Shown in pieces: positions 45,225 through 55,143 of a DNA stretch of 64,000 bases (its first letter is position 1; every line of letters starts with the position of its first letter). The notes below the pieces were generated by a model that was not told the DNA's origin, made no database searches, and saw nothing but the letters and a program-made list of their open reading frames with translations. The stretch is from Myxococcales bacterium (GTDB lineage: Bacteria > Desulfobacterota > Binatia > HRBIN30). A program made the translations under genes and the position numbers. The stretch is from contig JBBILD010000006.1 in NCBI GenBank assembly GCA_037445065.1, positions 32,001-96,000 of the forward strand, in the 5' to 3' direction.

Positions 45225-46345
45225 CGCGCACCCTGTTCATGGTAGCCGGGGAAGCTTCGGGCGACCTCCACGCCGCGGCCCTGCTGCGTGCCTTGCGCCG
45301 GCGCGACCCACAGTTGCGCGCGCTGGGCATCGGCGGACATCACCTCGCGGAAGCAGGGCTCGAGGTGCTGGTGCGTACGGATGCCATTGCCACGATGGGA
45401 CTGACGGAGACCGTAGGGAGCTTGCGCCAAGTCTGGCAAGCCTACCGCCTGGCCCGCCGCACGCTCGCGCAGGAACGTCCCGACCTGGTGGTTCTCGTGG
45501 ACTACCCGGAGTTCAATTTGCGCCTGGCGCGTTATGCAAAGTCGCTCGGGCTCAGAGTGTTTTACTACATCAGCCCGCAAGTGTGGGCGTGGCGGCGTGG
45601 GCGGGTGCGCAAGCTGCGCCGCTGGGTAGATCGCCTGGCCGTGGTGTTTCCGTTCGAGGAAGCGCTTTACAATCAAAACGGCCGCGCACGCATCGCCTCC
45701 TTCGTGGGTCATCCCTTGCTCGATCTCGTGCACCCCACGCGCGCTCGCGAAGAGACGCGCCAGCGATATGGGTTGGATGCCGAGCGGCGCCTGCTCGCTT
45801 TGCTTCCGGGTAGCCGCTGCAAGGAGTTGCGCCTCTTGCTCCCGCCGATGCTGGAGACCGCACGGGTCCTGGCGCGGCAAGGCTGGCAAGCGGCGCTGGC
45901 ACTGGCGCCGACGCTAGCGGAAAGCGATGTGCGCGCTGCCCTCGGTGGGCAAGCACTGGAGCTGCCTTTGGTGTGCGGCGACACGTACAACTTGGTGCAT
46001 GCGGCGGACGCGGCGCTGGTGGCTTCCGGAACAGCGACTCTAGAAACTGCGCTACTCGGCAAGCCGATGGTCATCGTGTACCGCGTGTCGGGCCTTACCT
46101 ACTGGTTGGGGCGAATGCTGATCCGAGTGCGTCACATCGGCATGCCGAACGTGATCTTGGATGAACGAGTGGTACCTGAGTACCTGCAGGGAGAGGTACG
46201 CGCGAGCGTGCTGGCCCCAGCCATCGAGGAGGTGTACCGCCAGCGCGAGCAGCTCGCCGGGGCCTGGCAGCGGCTGCGCGAGTGTCTGGGCGAGCCCGGG
46301 GCAGCGGAGCGTGCCGCGGCCCTAGCTTGGGAGGCGATGGCATGA
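45221..46345 (+). CDS. lpxB: Lipid-A-disaccharide synthase
   Basis: VAGEASGDLH, VDYPEFN, YYISPQVWAWR, FVGHPL, LLPGSR, SGTATLE. Confidence 0.96.
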   Translation: MTRTLFMVAGEASGDLHAAALLRALRRRDPQLRALGIGGHHLAEAGLEVLVRTDAIATMGLTETVGSLRQVWQAYRLARRTLAQERPDLVVLVDYPEFNLRLARYAKSLGLRVFYYISPQVWAWRRGRVRKLRRWVDRLAVVFPFEEALYNQNGRARIASFVGHPLLDLVHPTRAREETRQRYGLDAERRLLALLPGSRCKELRLLLPPMLETARVLARQGWQAALALAPTLAESDVRAALGGQALELPLVCGDTYNLVHAADAALVASGTATLETALLGKPMVIVYRVSGLTYWLGRMLIRVRHIGMPNVILDERVVPEYLQGEVRASVLAPAIEEVYRQREQLAGAWQRLRECLGEPGAAERAAALAWEAMA

Positions 46346-48117
46346 AGCCGCACCTGATGTACCGGCGTTTGCTTCGGTACCTGCGCCCATATGTGTGGCC
46401 GTACTTTACCGTGGCGGTGGTGTGCATGGTGCTGTTCAGCGGCACCAACGGTGCGATGCCGTTTCTGGTGCGCCACATCTTCGATGACGTGTTCGCGGGC
46501 AAGAACCGGGAGGTGTTGTACGTCCTGCCCTTCGTCATCATCGGGGTGTTTTTGTTTCGCGCCGTGGTCAGCTTCGGCAGCACCTACCTGACCGAGTACG
46601 TGGGGCAGCGCATCATCGCGGATTTGCGCCGCGAGTTGAACGAGCGCATCCAGAGTCTGTCGCTCTCGTTTTTCAACCGCACTCCCACCGGTACGATCGT
46701 TTCACGGGTGACGAGCGATGTGGCCCTGGTTCGAGCCGCACTCACCGATGCGGTGGCCGCCGTCCTCAAAGACGCTTCGTCCTTGGTGGTGCTGGTCGCG
46801 GTAGCGTTTTACCAGGACTGGTTCCTGGCTCTGATCGCGTTTGTGGTGTTTCCTGCCTCGGTGCTGCCCATGCTGCGCTTGTCGCGGCGGCTGCGCCAAG
46901 TGTCTCGCCGCGGGCAAGTGAGTATGGGCGAGCTGACCGCTTTGCTGCAGGAGACCATCCAGGGTAATCGCGTCGTGAAGGCCTTCGGCATGGAGGACTA
47001 CGAGAAGCGGCGCTTCGAGGCCGAAAACGAAAATCTGTTTCGCCTTGCCATGAAAAGCACGCGCATCCGTGCCTTTACCACACCGATGATGGAGTTGCTG
47101 GCGGCGTTCGGGATTGCCGGGGTGGTCTGGTACGGAGGGTACAGCGTGATTGAAGGGGGGCGTACGCAAGGGGCATTCTTGGCCTTCCTGACCGCGCTCT
47201 TCCTCCTGTACGAACCGTTCAAAGGGCTGGCGCGTACGAACACCGTGATCCAACAGGGTCTGGGCGCAGCGGAACGGATTGTCGAGTTGCTCGACACCCA
47301 GCCGGAGGTGACCGAGCGTCCCGGAGCGCGCGAACTCGGCGAGATTCGCCAAGGGATCCGGGTGGAGAACGTGAGCTTCCGCTACGACCATGATTGGGTG
47401 CTGCGCAACGTGTCGCTGGAGATCCGCCGCGGGGAGCTGGTCGCCCTGGTGGGGATGAGCGGTGGCGGCAAGAGCACGCTGGCCGACCTGATCCCCCGTT
47501 TTTACGACGTGCACGAGGGCGCCATTCGCATTGATGGGGTGGACATCCGCGACTACACGCTGGCCAGCCTGCGCCGCCAGATTGCGATCGTGACGCAGCA
47601 CACCTTTCTGTTCAATGACACAGTGCGCAACAACATCGCCTATGGGCAGGTGGATACGAACATGGACGCCATCGTTGCCGCGGCCCGGGCCGCAAACGCG
47701 CACGATTTCATTGTGCAGTTGCCGCAAGGGTACGATACGATCGTGGGCGAACTCGGGGTGAGACTCTCGGGCGGGCAACGGCAACGGATCGCCATTGCTC
47801 GTGCGCTTCTCAAAAACGCGCCGATCTTGATTTTGGACGAAGCGACCTCGGCGCTCGACAGCGAGTCGGAGCGGCTGGTGCAAGACGCGCTCGAGCGGCT
47901 GATGGCGAACCGAACAACGCTCGTGATCGCGCACCGAATGTCCACGGTGCGGCGGGCAGACCGAATTTACGTTTTGGTTCGCGGTCGCATCGTCGAAACG
48001 GGAACCCACGAGGAGTTGCTGGCCCGCAACGGCGAATATCGCAAACTCTACGACCTACAGTTCCAGGACGAAGCCGAACTCCCCGAGATGCACGCGGCGC
48101 ACGGGTTCGGCCGGTAA
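46342..48117 (+). CDS. msbA: Lipid A export ABC transporter
   Basis: TM domain plus GMSGGGKST, LSGGQRQR, DEATSALD; in the lpx operon. Confidence 0.92.
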   Translation: MKPHLMYRRLLRYLRPYVWPYFTVAVVCMVLFSGTNGAMPFLVRHIFDDVFAGKNREVLYVLPFVIIGVFLFRAVVSFGSTYLTEYVGQRIIADLRRELNERIQSLSLSFFNRTPTGTIVSRVTSDVALVRAALTDAVAAVLKDASSLVVLVAVAFYQDWFLALIAFVVFPASVLPMLRLSRRLRQVSRRGQVSMGELTALLQETIQGNRVVKAFGMEDYEKRRFEAENENLFRLAMKSTRIRAFTTPMMELLAAFGIAGVVWYGGYSVIEGGRTQGAFLAFLTALFLLYEPFKGLARTNTVIQQGLGAAERIVELLDTQPEVTERPGARELGEIRQGIRVENVSFRYDHDWVLRNVSLEIRRGELVALVGMSGGGKSTLADLIPRFYDVHEGAIRIDGVDIRDYTLASLRRQIAIVTQHTFLFNDTVRNNIAYGQVDTNMDAIVAAARAANAHDFIVQLPQGYDTIVGELGVRLSGGQRQRIAIARALLKNAPILILDEATSALDSESERLVQDALERLMANRTTLVIAHRMSTVRRADRIYVLVRGRIVETGTHEELLARNGEYRKLYDLQFQDEAELPEMHAAHGFGR

Positions 48118-48131
48118 GACAGCGAGCACCG

Positions 48132-48800
48132 ATGCACCCGTGGGCGGAACGAACCCTGCTGGCCCTCGCGCCACCGCTGTTGAGCGGCGCATTGCGGGCT
48201 GCGGCGGCGACTTGGAAGATCGAACTCGTAGATGCCGAGCCTTTGTTGGCGACTTGGGAGGAGCGCGAGGTGATCCTCGCGTTTTGGCACAACCGCGTGC
48301 TGCCCTTGCCGATTCTCGCCGGTGGCCGCAGGATCTGCGTGCTCAACAGCCGCAGCCGCGATGGCGAAATTGCGACCCGAGCCCTGGCTCGTTGGGGAAT
48401 CCACTCCGTGCGCGGCTCTGCCAGCCGCGGCGGGCAGGCCGGCTTTCTCGCCTTGGTGCGCGCCCAGCGGCACGGCTTCCACCTTGCTGTTGTTCCGGAT
48501 GGCCCGCGCGGCCCGCGTTACGTGGCCAAGTCCGGGGTGGTCCACTTAGCGCGTTTCACGGGAGCGCCGGTTTTTCCCGTGACCTTTTCGGCTGACCGCT
48601 TTCGCCAGCTCGGCAGTTGGGATCGCTTGCTCATCCCGCTTCCCTTCGCGCACTTGCGCGTATACGCTGGTGAACCGGTTTGCGTTCCGCGCGAGGCCGA
48701 CGATTCTATCATCGAACGCAAGCGCGGCGAGCTAGAAGCACGGCTGCGCGCTCTCACCACGCGCGCCGATCGAGAGACGGCGCGCGTGCCGCCGCGCTGA
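48132..48800 (+). CDS. DUF374 lysophospholipid acyltransferase family protein (LpxJ-like)
   Basis: AFWHNR, SRSRDGE, VRGS..RGG, VPDGPRGP, SWDR..IP.PF. Confidence 0.85.
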   Translation: MHPWAERTLLALAPPLLSGALRAAAATWKIELVDAEPLLATWEEREVILAFWHNRVLPLPILAGGRRICVLNSRSRDGEIATRALARWGIHSVRGSASRGGQAGFLALVRAQRHGFHLAVVPDGPRGPRYVAKSGVVHLARFTGAPVFPVTFSADRFRQLGSWDRLLIPLPFAHLRVYAGEPVCVPREADDSIIERKRGELEARLRALTTRADRETARVPPR

Positions 48801-48858
48801 GCGTTGTGCTGGAGTGGCATGAGACAGGTCGTTATGGGAATAGGCTCCGTTTCGAAAC

Positions 48859-50193
48859 ATGGCTTCGCAACCGACACCGCGTGACCCCAAGCGGCAAAGC
48901 ACCGGCGCCGACCTCGTGTACGACCTCGCCACCACGGCGCTCGCGGTGTGCGCCCTGCCTCTTCTCCCGTTGCTCTCGTTGACCCGCTACGGACGCCACT
49001 TGCGGGAGCGCCTCAGCCTCTGGCCGAAGGAAGCTCGCTCGTTGCAGCGCCCGCTTTGGCTCCACGCCGCCTCGGTTGGCGAGGTGCTGGCCGCCGACCC
49101 CCTGATCCGCGAACTCAAGCAAGCCCGCCCCGGCGTGCCGGTGTTGCTCACGACAACGTCGGTTCCGGGACGCGACACCGCGCGCCAGCGTTGCGCCGCG
49201 GATGCAGTGGCCTTGCTGCCTGCCGATCTCTGGTGGTTGACGGAGCGGGTGGTGCAGCAGGTGCAGCCGCGCGCCTTGGTGTTGGTGGAAACGGAGCTGT
49301 GGCCGGCCTTGGTTCGCTCGGTCGCTCGTCGAGGCATCCCGGTGATCCTGGCCAGCGGGCGCATTTCTACCGCTTCGGTGCGCCGCTACCAACGCATTCG
49401 GCCGCTGGTGCGCGCGATGTTGCAGCGCATGGATTTGTGCCTCATGCAGTCGCTGCTGGATGCCGAACGCATTTGCCAGCTCGGCGCGCGGGAGGAACGG
49501 GTGCGGGTGGCGGGGAATCTCAAATTTGCGCGCCAGGCAAGCTCGGTCCTTGCGCACAGCAAAGGTGGGGCGTGCGTGCAAGCCCTGGCGGAGCAGCCGC
49601 TGTTGGTGGCAGCGAGCACGCACGCGGGGGAAGAGGAACTGGTGCTGGAGGCCTTCCAGCGCGTGCTCGAGGAGTTTCCGCGCGCTCGCTTGCTCTTGGC
49701 TCCGCGTCGCCCGGAGCGCTTCAACGCGGTGGCCGGCTTGGTCCAACAGCGCGGCTTGCGCTGCCAGCGGCGGAGCAATCTAGGGGACGAAGGTCCCCAC
49801 CCGAGCACCCGAGTGATCCTGCTCGATACTGTGGGGGAACTCGTCGAGTTCCTGCCAGTCGCGGTGGGAGTGTTCGTGGGCGGAACCTTCGTGCCGGAGA
49901 TCGGCGGGCACAACGTGATCGAACCCGCCATCTTCGGGAGGCCGGCTTGTTTCGGTCCGCACACCACCCAGGTGTCTCAACCTGCGCAACAGTTGGTGGA
50001 GGAAGGGGGTGGGGTGCGCGTGACTTCGGCGACAGATTTAGCGGCGGTTTGGTTGGCTTGGTTGCACGACCCCGCGCTAGCCGCGGCCATGGGAGAACGA
50101 GGCCGGGTCGTGGTAGGGCGGCAAACAGAAGTGGCACGGCAACTTGCCGAGACCATTTGGAATCATCTCGAAGGAGCGAGCCGCACGCCATGA
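48859..50193 (+). CDS. waaA: Kdo transferase
   Basis: WLHAASVGE, ETELWP, GNLKF, ASTH.GEE, APRRPERF, DTVGEL, GGHN.IEPA. Confidence 0.94.
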   Translation: MASQPTPRDPKRQSTGADLVYDLATTALAVCALPLLPLLSLTRYGRHLRERLSLWPKEARSLQRPLWLHAASVGEVLAADPLIRELKQARPGVPVLLTTTSVPGRDTARQRCAADAVALLPADLWWLTERVVQQVQPRALVLVETELWPALVRSVARRGIPVILASGRISTASVRRYQRIRPLVRAMLQRMDLCLMQSLLDAERICQLGAREERVRVAGNLKFARQASSVLAHSKGGACVQALAEQPLLVAASTHAGEEELVLEAFQRVLEEFPRARLLLAPRRPERFNAVAGLVQQRGLRCQRRSNLGDEGPHPSTRVILLDTVGELVEFLPVAVGVFVGGTFVPEIGGHNVIEPAIFGRPACFGPHTTQVSQPAQQLVEEGGGVRVTSATDLAAVWLAWLHDPALAAAMGERGRVVVGRQTEVARQLAETIWNHLEGASRTP

Positions 50194-51272
50194 AGGCAAA
50201 ACTTGCCAAGTGGTTGCGCGATTCCGTGTGGCCTCGCCGTACCTTTTCGGGGCGGCTAGCCGCCTCGGCTTTACGGCCATTCGCTTGGGGCTATGGCCTG
50301 GGAGTGCGTCTGCGCAATTGGGCGTACGACTGGAGCCTGCTCCCGATTGCGCGCCCCGGCATTGCGGTGGTGAGCGTGGGGAATGTGGCCGTCGGCGGCA
50401 CCGGGAAGACACCGATGGCATTGTGGCTTGCGCAGCAACTGCGCCAGCGCGGCCTACAAGTGGCCATCATCAGCCGCGGTTACGGAGGATTGTCGGCCGG
50501 TCCGGTGATCGTCAGCCGCGGGCGCGGCCCAGAGACGGATCCGCTTCACGCGGGCGACGAGCCGGTGATGATGGCCCGCCGCTTCGACGGCGTGGTCATT
50601 GTGGCACGCAACCGCGCCTCAGGGGTGGATTTGGCGCAGGCCGTCGGGTGCAACGTGGCGGTGTTGGACGACGGCTTCCAGCACCGGGCGTTGGCTCGCG
50701 ACTTCGATTTGGTCCTGCTGAGTGGTTGCCAGGGGGATTTGCTACCTGCGGGCCCGATGCGCGAGCCGTACAGTTCCCTGCAGCGCGCGCATGCGCTGGC
50801 GCTGGTAGACAAAGGGCTGTCCATCCCTCCTCTCGGTCCGCCCGGGACCGCTCAGGGCAAGCCGCTCTACTGGGTACGCATGGTACCGCAGTGTTGGGTG
50901 GAGTCGGACGGCGGGCGCTGGCGGGAACGGCCTCTGCGCGAACTTTCAGGGCACCGGGTTGCAGCGGTGAGCGGCCTTGCCAACCCCAGCGGCTTTTACG
51001 CCTTCTTGCAAGAGTGGGAGGTAGCGGTGGCGGAGGTCTTCGAGTTTCCGGATCACTATCACTATACAGTCGGCGACTGGCACCGGCTCAATCGCGCGGC
51101 GCAGGAATTCCCGTATGTGGTGACGACGGAAAAAGACTTGGTCAAGTTGGAACAGTTCCCCTTTGCGCGCGGCAAACTGGTCGCACTCCGCGTCGCCCCA
51201 CAAGTGGATAAGGCCGAGGATTTGGTGCAGCGCGTCGTGGCCTCTATCCACACGCGCGCGGTAAGAACATGA
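50190..51272 (+). CDS. lpxK: Tetraacyldisaccharide 4'-kinase
   Basis: [50 protein letters not shown]. Confidence 0.95.
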   Translation: MKAKLAKWLRDSVWPRRTFSGRLAASALRPFAWGYGLGVRLRNWAYDWSLLPIARPGIAVVSVGNVAVGGTGKTPMALWLAQQLRQRGLQVAIISRGYGGLSAGPVIVSRGRGPETDPLHAGDEPVMMARRFDGVVIVARNRASGVDLAQAVGCNVAVLDDGFQHRALARDFDLVLLSGCQGDLLPAGPMREPYSSLQRAHALALVDKGLSIPPLGPPGTAQGKPLYWVRMVPQCWVESDGGRWRERPLRELSGHRVAAVSGLANPSGFYAFLQEWEVAVAEVFEFPDHYHYTVGDWHRLNRAAQEFPYVVTTEKDLVKLEQFPFARGKLVALRVAPQVDKAEDLVQRVVASIHTRAVRT

Positions 51273-51296
51273 TGCGCAGAAAACGGAGGAGAGAAC

Positions 51297-51464
51297 ATGG
51301 CCATTAGTGCGGAACTCCTGGAGATCCTTGCCTGCCCGAAGTGCAAGGGAGCGGTGGAACTCACCCCGCAACAAGACGGCCTGATTTGTGCCGCGTGCCG
51401 TCTCAAGTACCGCATCGAGGACGACATCCCGGTTATGCTCATCGAGGAGGCGGAGCCGATTTGA
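51297..51464 (+). CDS. ycaR: Trm112/YcaR family small protein
   Basis: Not in the ORF track. Manual translation MAISAELLEILACPKCKG...LICAACRLKYRIEDDIPVMLIEEAEPI; GGAGGAG RBS; classic position after lpxK. Confidence 0.92.
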   Translation: MAISAELLEILACPKCKGAVELTPQQDGLICAACRLKYRIEDDIPVMLIEEAEPI

Positions 51465-52258
51465 GCGGAACTGCGCCACCGGCGAACGCGCTGCAGGCTT
51501 CCCTCGTGCAAGCAAGCTCTTTACCCTGGCACGGTGCCGAGCTTGCCAGCGTACGGCTCGCTGTGTGGCTAGCGCCAGGGGTGAGCTCGGAGGTGGCGGA
51601 ACTCATTGCCGGCTGCGCCCTCGGTAAAGAACATGCGGCAGAACGCTTGGCTCTCGGACGCGGCGCGGTGTGGCTGGCACGAACCGAGAAGGAAGGCTCC
51701 GTACTGGTGCGCCCGTATGTACGCGGGGGCTGGGCGGCGCGCGTGACCACGTACTGGTATTTCGGTTTCCGGCCGCGCTCGCTCGTAGAACTCGAAACCT
51801 TGCTCGTTCTCGCGCAGCGAGGAGTTCCGGTCGTGGAAGGTTTGGCAGCCGCGGCGCGCCGGGTGTCGGGAATCGGATACCGAGCCTGGCTCGCGACCCG
51901 TTACTGGGGGGAAAGCGAGACCCTCTGGGATTGGTGGCGGCGCGGACCCGCCGCCGCCGAGCGTCGGCGCGTGCTGACCGCGGTCGGAGTGGCGCTAGCG
52001 CGCTTGCACCGCGCGGGAGGCGCGCATCCCGATCTCAACGCCCGCAACATTTTGGTGCGAGCTGGCGAAGAGAACGACTGTGTGCGGCTGCTGGACTTCG
52101 ACCGCGCGCGCTGCCACCCGCATCCGCTCGATCCGAGGCCTGCCTTGCGCCGCCTGGCGCGCTCGCTGCGCAAGCTTGACCCGGATGCGCGGGTGGTGCG
52201 CGAAGAAGACTGGACGGCGCTGGAACAGGCCCTGTGGGGCGCCTACGAGCAGCAATGA
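51461..52258 (+). CDS. kdkA: Kdo kinase-like lipopolysaccharide kinase
   Basis: GRGAVW, VRPYVRGG, E...L, HPDLNARNIL, LLDFD, RLARSLRK; TTG start overlapping the ycaR stop is assumed. Confidence 0.75.
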   Translation: MSGTAPPANALQASLVQASSLPWHGAELASVRLAVWLAPGVSSEVAELIAGCALGKEHAAERLALGRGAVWLARTEKEGSVLVRPYVRGGWAARVTTYWYFGFRPRSLVELETLLVLAQRGVPVVEGLAAAARRVSGIGYRAWLATRYWGESETLWDWWRRGPAAAERRRVLTAVGVALARLHRAGGAHPDLNARNILVRAGEENDCVRLLDFDRARCHPHPLDPRPALRRLARSLRKLDPDARVVREEDWTALEQALWGAYEQQ

Positions 52259-53292
52259 GTGGTGCCGCGCTGCGCTTTCCGGAGACGCGCCGGCTCTTGA
52301 TCGTCCTCTTGGGCGCGATTGGCGATGTGGTGCGCGCCTTGCCCCTGCTACCGCGCTTGAAAGCCGCTTACCCAGGCGCGGAAATCGGCTGGGCGGTGGA
52401 GCCGCCAGCACGCGACTTGGTCGAAGGGCATCCGCTGGTGGACCGTGCCATTGTCTTTCAACGCGGGGGCGGAGCCCGCGCCTTTGTACCGTTTTTGCGC
52501 GAGGTGCGCCGCTTCCGAGCGGACCTGTCCCTCGACCTGCAGCGGCATTTGAAAAGCGGCGTGGTCAGTTGGGCTTCGCGCGCTCCTGTGCGCCTCGGCT
52601 TCGCCCGCGCCAATTCTCGGGAAGGGAACTGGTTGTTTTCTACCCATCACATTGCCGAGCAGGATCATTTTCGGTCCAAGCTGCTCCAGTACCAGGAGTT
52701 CGCCGATTTTCTCGGAGCACCACCACGGCCGGTAGATTTCGGTTTGCGCTTGAGCGAAGCAGAGGAGAGGCGGGTGGAGACGCTTCTCCAAGAAGTCCGC
52801 CGGCCCTTTGTCGCTGCCTTTGTGGGCTCGAGCTGGCCGAGTCGCGTGTGGTTCCCGGACCGTACCGCGCGGGTGGCCGAGGCGCTGCGCGAGCATGGCA
52901 TCGCGACCGTATTGGTCGGCGGCCCAGGGGAGCGCGAGTTCGCCCGCCAGGTGCGCGAGCAGGCGCGCTGTCGCGTGCACGACCTCACTGGGCAGACGAC
53001 GTTGCGCGAACTGGCTGGCGTCTTCCAGCGTGCCCTGGCTGCATGGGGACCGGATTCGGGTCCCATGCACCTCGCGGCCGCGGTAGGCACGCGGGTGGTG
53101 TCGCTGTGGGGTGCGACCAGCCCGCGCCGTTCCGCCCCGTTTGGCAACGAAGCCGGGGTCATCGTAGGCCAGGCGCCCTGCGTGCCGTGTTACCGCCGGC
53201 GCTGCCCGATTGGCCGGGTGTGCATGCAGAGCATCTCCGCCGAGCGCGTGCTGGCCACCCTCCTCGAGCCTCCAGCCGCAGTGCAACCCTGA
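52255..53292 (+). CDS. Glycosyltransferase family 9 (heptosyltransferase-like)
   Basis: LGAIGDVV, DLQ..LKS, DLTGQTTLREL, DSGPMHLAAA, C.PC....C. Confidence 0.9.
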   Translation: MSGAALRFPETRRLLIVLLGAIGDVVRALPLLPRLKAAYPGAEIGWAVEPPARDLVEGHPLVDRAIVFQRGGGARAFVPFLREVRRFRADLSLDLQRHLKSGVVSWASRAPVRLGFARANSREGNWLFSTHHIAEQDHFRSKLLQYQEFADFLGAPPRPVDFGLRLSEAEERRVETLLQEVRRPFVAAFVGSSWPSRVWFPDRTARVAEALREHGIATVLVGGPGEREFARQVREQARCRVHDLTGQTTLRELAGVFQRALAAWGPDSGPMHLAAAVGTRVVSLWGATSPRRSAPFGNEAGVIVGQAPCVPCYRRRCPIGRVCMQSISAERVLATLLEPPAAVQP

Positions 53293-53384
53293 AGAATCCG
53301 TTGCGTTGGCTCTGCTCGCTTGGCATAGAGGCGCGGCTGGCGCCGGGTTGCCGAGAGAGGCGGCAGCAAGCGAGGTGCGGTGAA

Positions 53385-54602
53385 ATGCAAAAGGTCCGTG
53401 GCTGGGGGTGGCTGGTGCTGGTGATGGGCCTGTGCGCGCGGATGAGCAGCGCAGAGCCGTATTTGGCGGTGCGCGAAGGCATGCCGTGCGGCTCCTGCCA
53501 CGTGAACCGCAACGGCGGCGGTAAGCGGACCGACTTGGTTGCCACCCACGCTGCGGACATCCTGCGTTATCCTGCCTTCCTCGGCCGCTTTTCCCGCCCG
53601 CTGGAAGCGTTTTCGGGGGAAATTACGCCGCTGGTCAGCATCGGCGGCGATTTGCGCTCGAGCGCCAGCCTGGTGTTTCAGGATCGCGGGGTCAATGGCC
53701 GCGTGGACAACGAGAAGGTGTGGCGCGATCGCTTGGAGCAAACTCGCCTGGAAACCACCTTGGCAGCGCTGTACGGCGAGCTTCGTCTCATCCCGGACCA
53801 AGTGACCTTGTACGTAGACCAGCGAGTGGCCCCGACCGTGGACAACCGCGAGGCCTTTGCCCTGCTTTCCGGATTCTTGCCCTGGGACGGTTTCGTGAAG
53901 GTGGGCCGTATGTTCCTGCCTTACGGACTGCAGTTGCAAGACGACGAAGCCTTCATCCGCGGCGGGCGCACGCGTGGCTCGAGTTCGGCAAGCACCGGGT
54001 TTAGTTTCAACCTGCAGGAGTCCGGCGGCGAACTCGGTTTCTCTCCGGGGCCGCTGACGTTGCTGCTCGCGGTGACCGACGGAGCAGGGGCGGACCGCGA
54101 CGTGCGCGTGACCGGTACGGCTTACGTCCTGTTCGACGAAGTGCCTTACTTGCGGAGCGTGCTGTTGGGGAGTTCCTTCTCGCGCGTCGGGCCTCCGGGC
54201 AGCCACACGCAAGTGTTCGGCTTCTTTGCGGGCACCAACTTGGGCCCCCTAACCGTCTTGGGCGAAGCAGATTTTCGCAGCGACAAAAACGCCAATACCC
54301 TCGGGCGTAGCGTGGGCCAGTTCTTGAGCTACGTGGAGGCGAACTACTTGCTGTTCGGGTGGCTCAACGTGAAGGCGGCAGTGGACTACGCTGATTCGGA
54401 CGGGCAAATCAGCCGCACCGTTGCCGGAGCTACGGTGCTCGACACTGCGAACGATGCCGAAAACCGCGTCAGTGTCGGACTCGAGCCGTTCTTGAACCGC
54501 TTTGTGCAACCGCGCTTATTTTACCGCATCAACAACGGCGTGCGCTCGCAGCCCACGCACAACCAAAACGTGCTTCTACTCGAAGCGCACGTGTTCTTTT
54601 GA
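53385..54602 (+). CDS. Monoheme c-type cytochrome fused to a putative outer-membrane beta-barrel
   Basis: Signal peptide, AEPYLAVREGMPCGSCHVN (CxxCH), amphipathic beta-strands, C-terminal EAHVFF. Confidence 0.72.
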   Translation: MQKVRGWGWLVLVMGLCARMSSAEPYLAVREGMPCGSCHVNRNGGGKRTDLVATHAADILRYPAFLGRFSRPLEAFSGEITPLVSIGGDLRSSASLVFQDRGVNGRVDNEKVWRDRLEQTRLETTLAALYGELRLIPDQVTLYVDQRVAPTVDNREAFALLSGFLPWDGFVKVGRMFLPYGLQLQDDEAFIRGGRTRGSSSASTGFSFNLQESGGELGFSPGPLTLLLAVTDGAGADRDVRVTGTAYVLFDEVPYLRSVLLGSSFSRVGPPGSHTQVFGFFAGTNLGPLTVLGEADFRSDKNANTLGRSVGQFLSYVEANYLLFGWLNVKAAVDYADSDGQISRTVAGATVLDTANDAENRVSVGLEPFLNRFVQPRLFYRINNGVRSQPTHNQNVLLLEAHVFF

Positions 54603-54747
54603 TTCGCGCCGTGTCCTGCCGCGCCCGCCGTCCGTAAGCCCGTGTCTACGGCCTCAGCGCGGCAAGCGGCTTCGCCGTGCCGCCGCGCGGGCTGGGGCCA
54701 CGCCCTGGGTGTCGCAACTTTCTGGCAAGCGCGATACAGTGCCCCGC

Positions 54748-55143
54748 ATGCAGAAGGAATTCCGAGTGCGCAGCCGCAGGAAGCAGGAGCTGATTGACGT
54801 CACCTCGCAAGTGGCGGACATTGTGCGCGCGAGCGGAGTGAGCGAAGGAATGTGCCACGTCTACGTGACGCACGCCACCGCAGCAGTGGTGGTGAACGAG
54901 AACGACGACCCCAACGTGTGTGAAGACTTGCTCGACTGTCTCGACCGGCTGGTGCCGGCTGGAATCTGGCGGCACGATCGGGTGGACAACAACGCCGCTG
55001 CCCACATCAAGGCTGCCATCCTTGGTCCGGGAGAAACCCTGCCCGTGCGCGAGGGCCGCTTGGTGCTCGGCACCTGGCAAGCGGTAATGGTGGTGGAACT
55101 CGATGGCCCGCGCGAGCGGCGCGTGGTGGTGACGGTACGATGA
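54748..55143 (+). CDS. yjbQ: YjbQ (UPF0047) family protein
   Basis: HATAAVVVNEN.DP, HD..DNNAAAHIKA, LGTWQ, ELDGPR.R. Confidence 0.92.
   Translation: MQKEFRVRSRRKQELIDVTSQVADIVRASGVSEGMCHVYVTHATAAVVVNENDDPNVCEDLLDCLDRLVPAGIWRHDRVDNNAAAHIKAAILGPGETLPVREGRLVLGTWQAVMVVELDGPRERRVVVTVR

Noticed and set aside
48948..50189. Long N-terminal extension on LpxK (774-aa ORF); likewise extensions on the ORFs starting at 43626, 52080, 18273 and 19157
   Set aside because: The extensions overlap real upstream genes in another frame; internal ATGs overlapping or just after upstream stops give normal-length proteins
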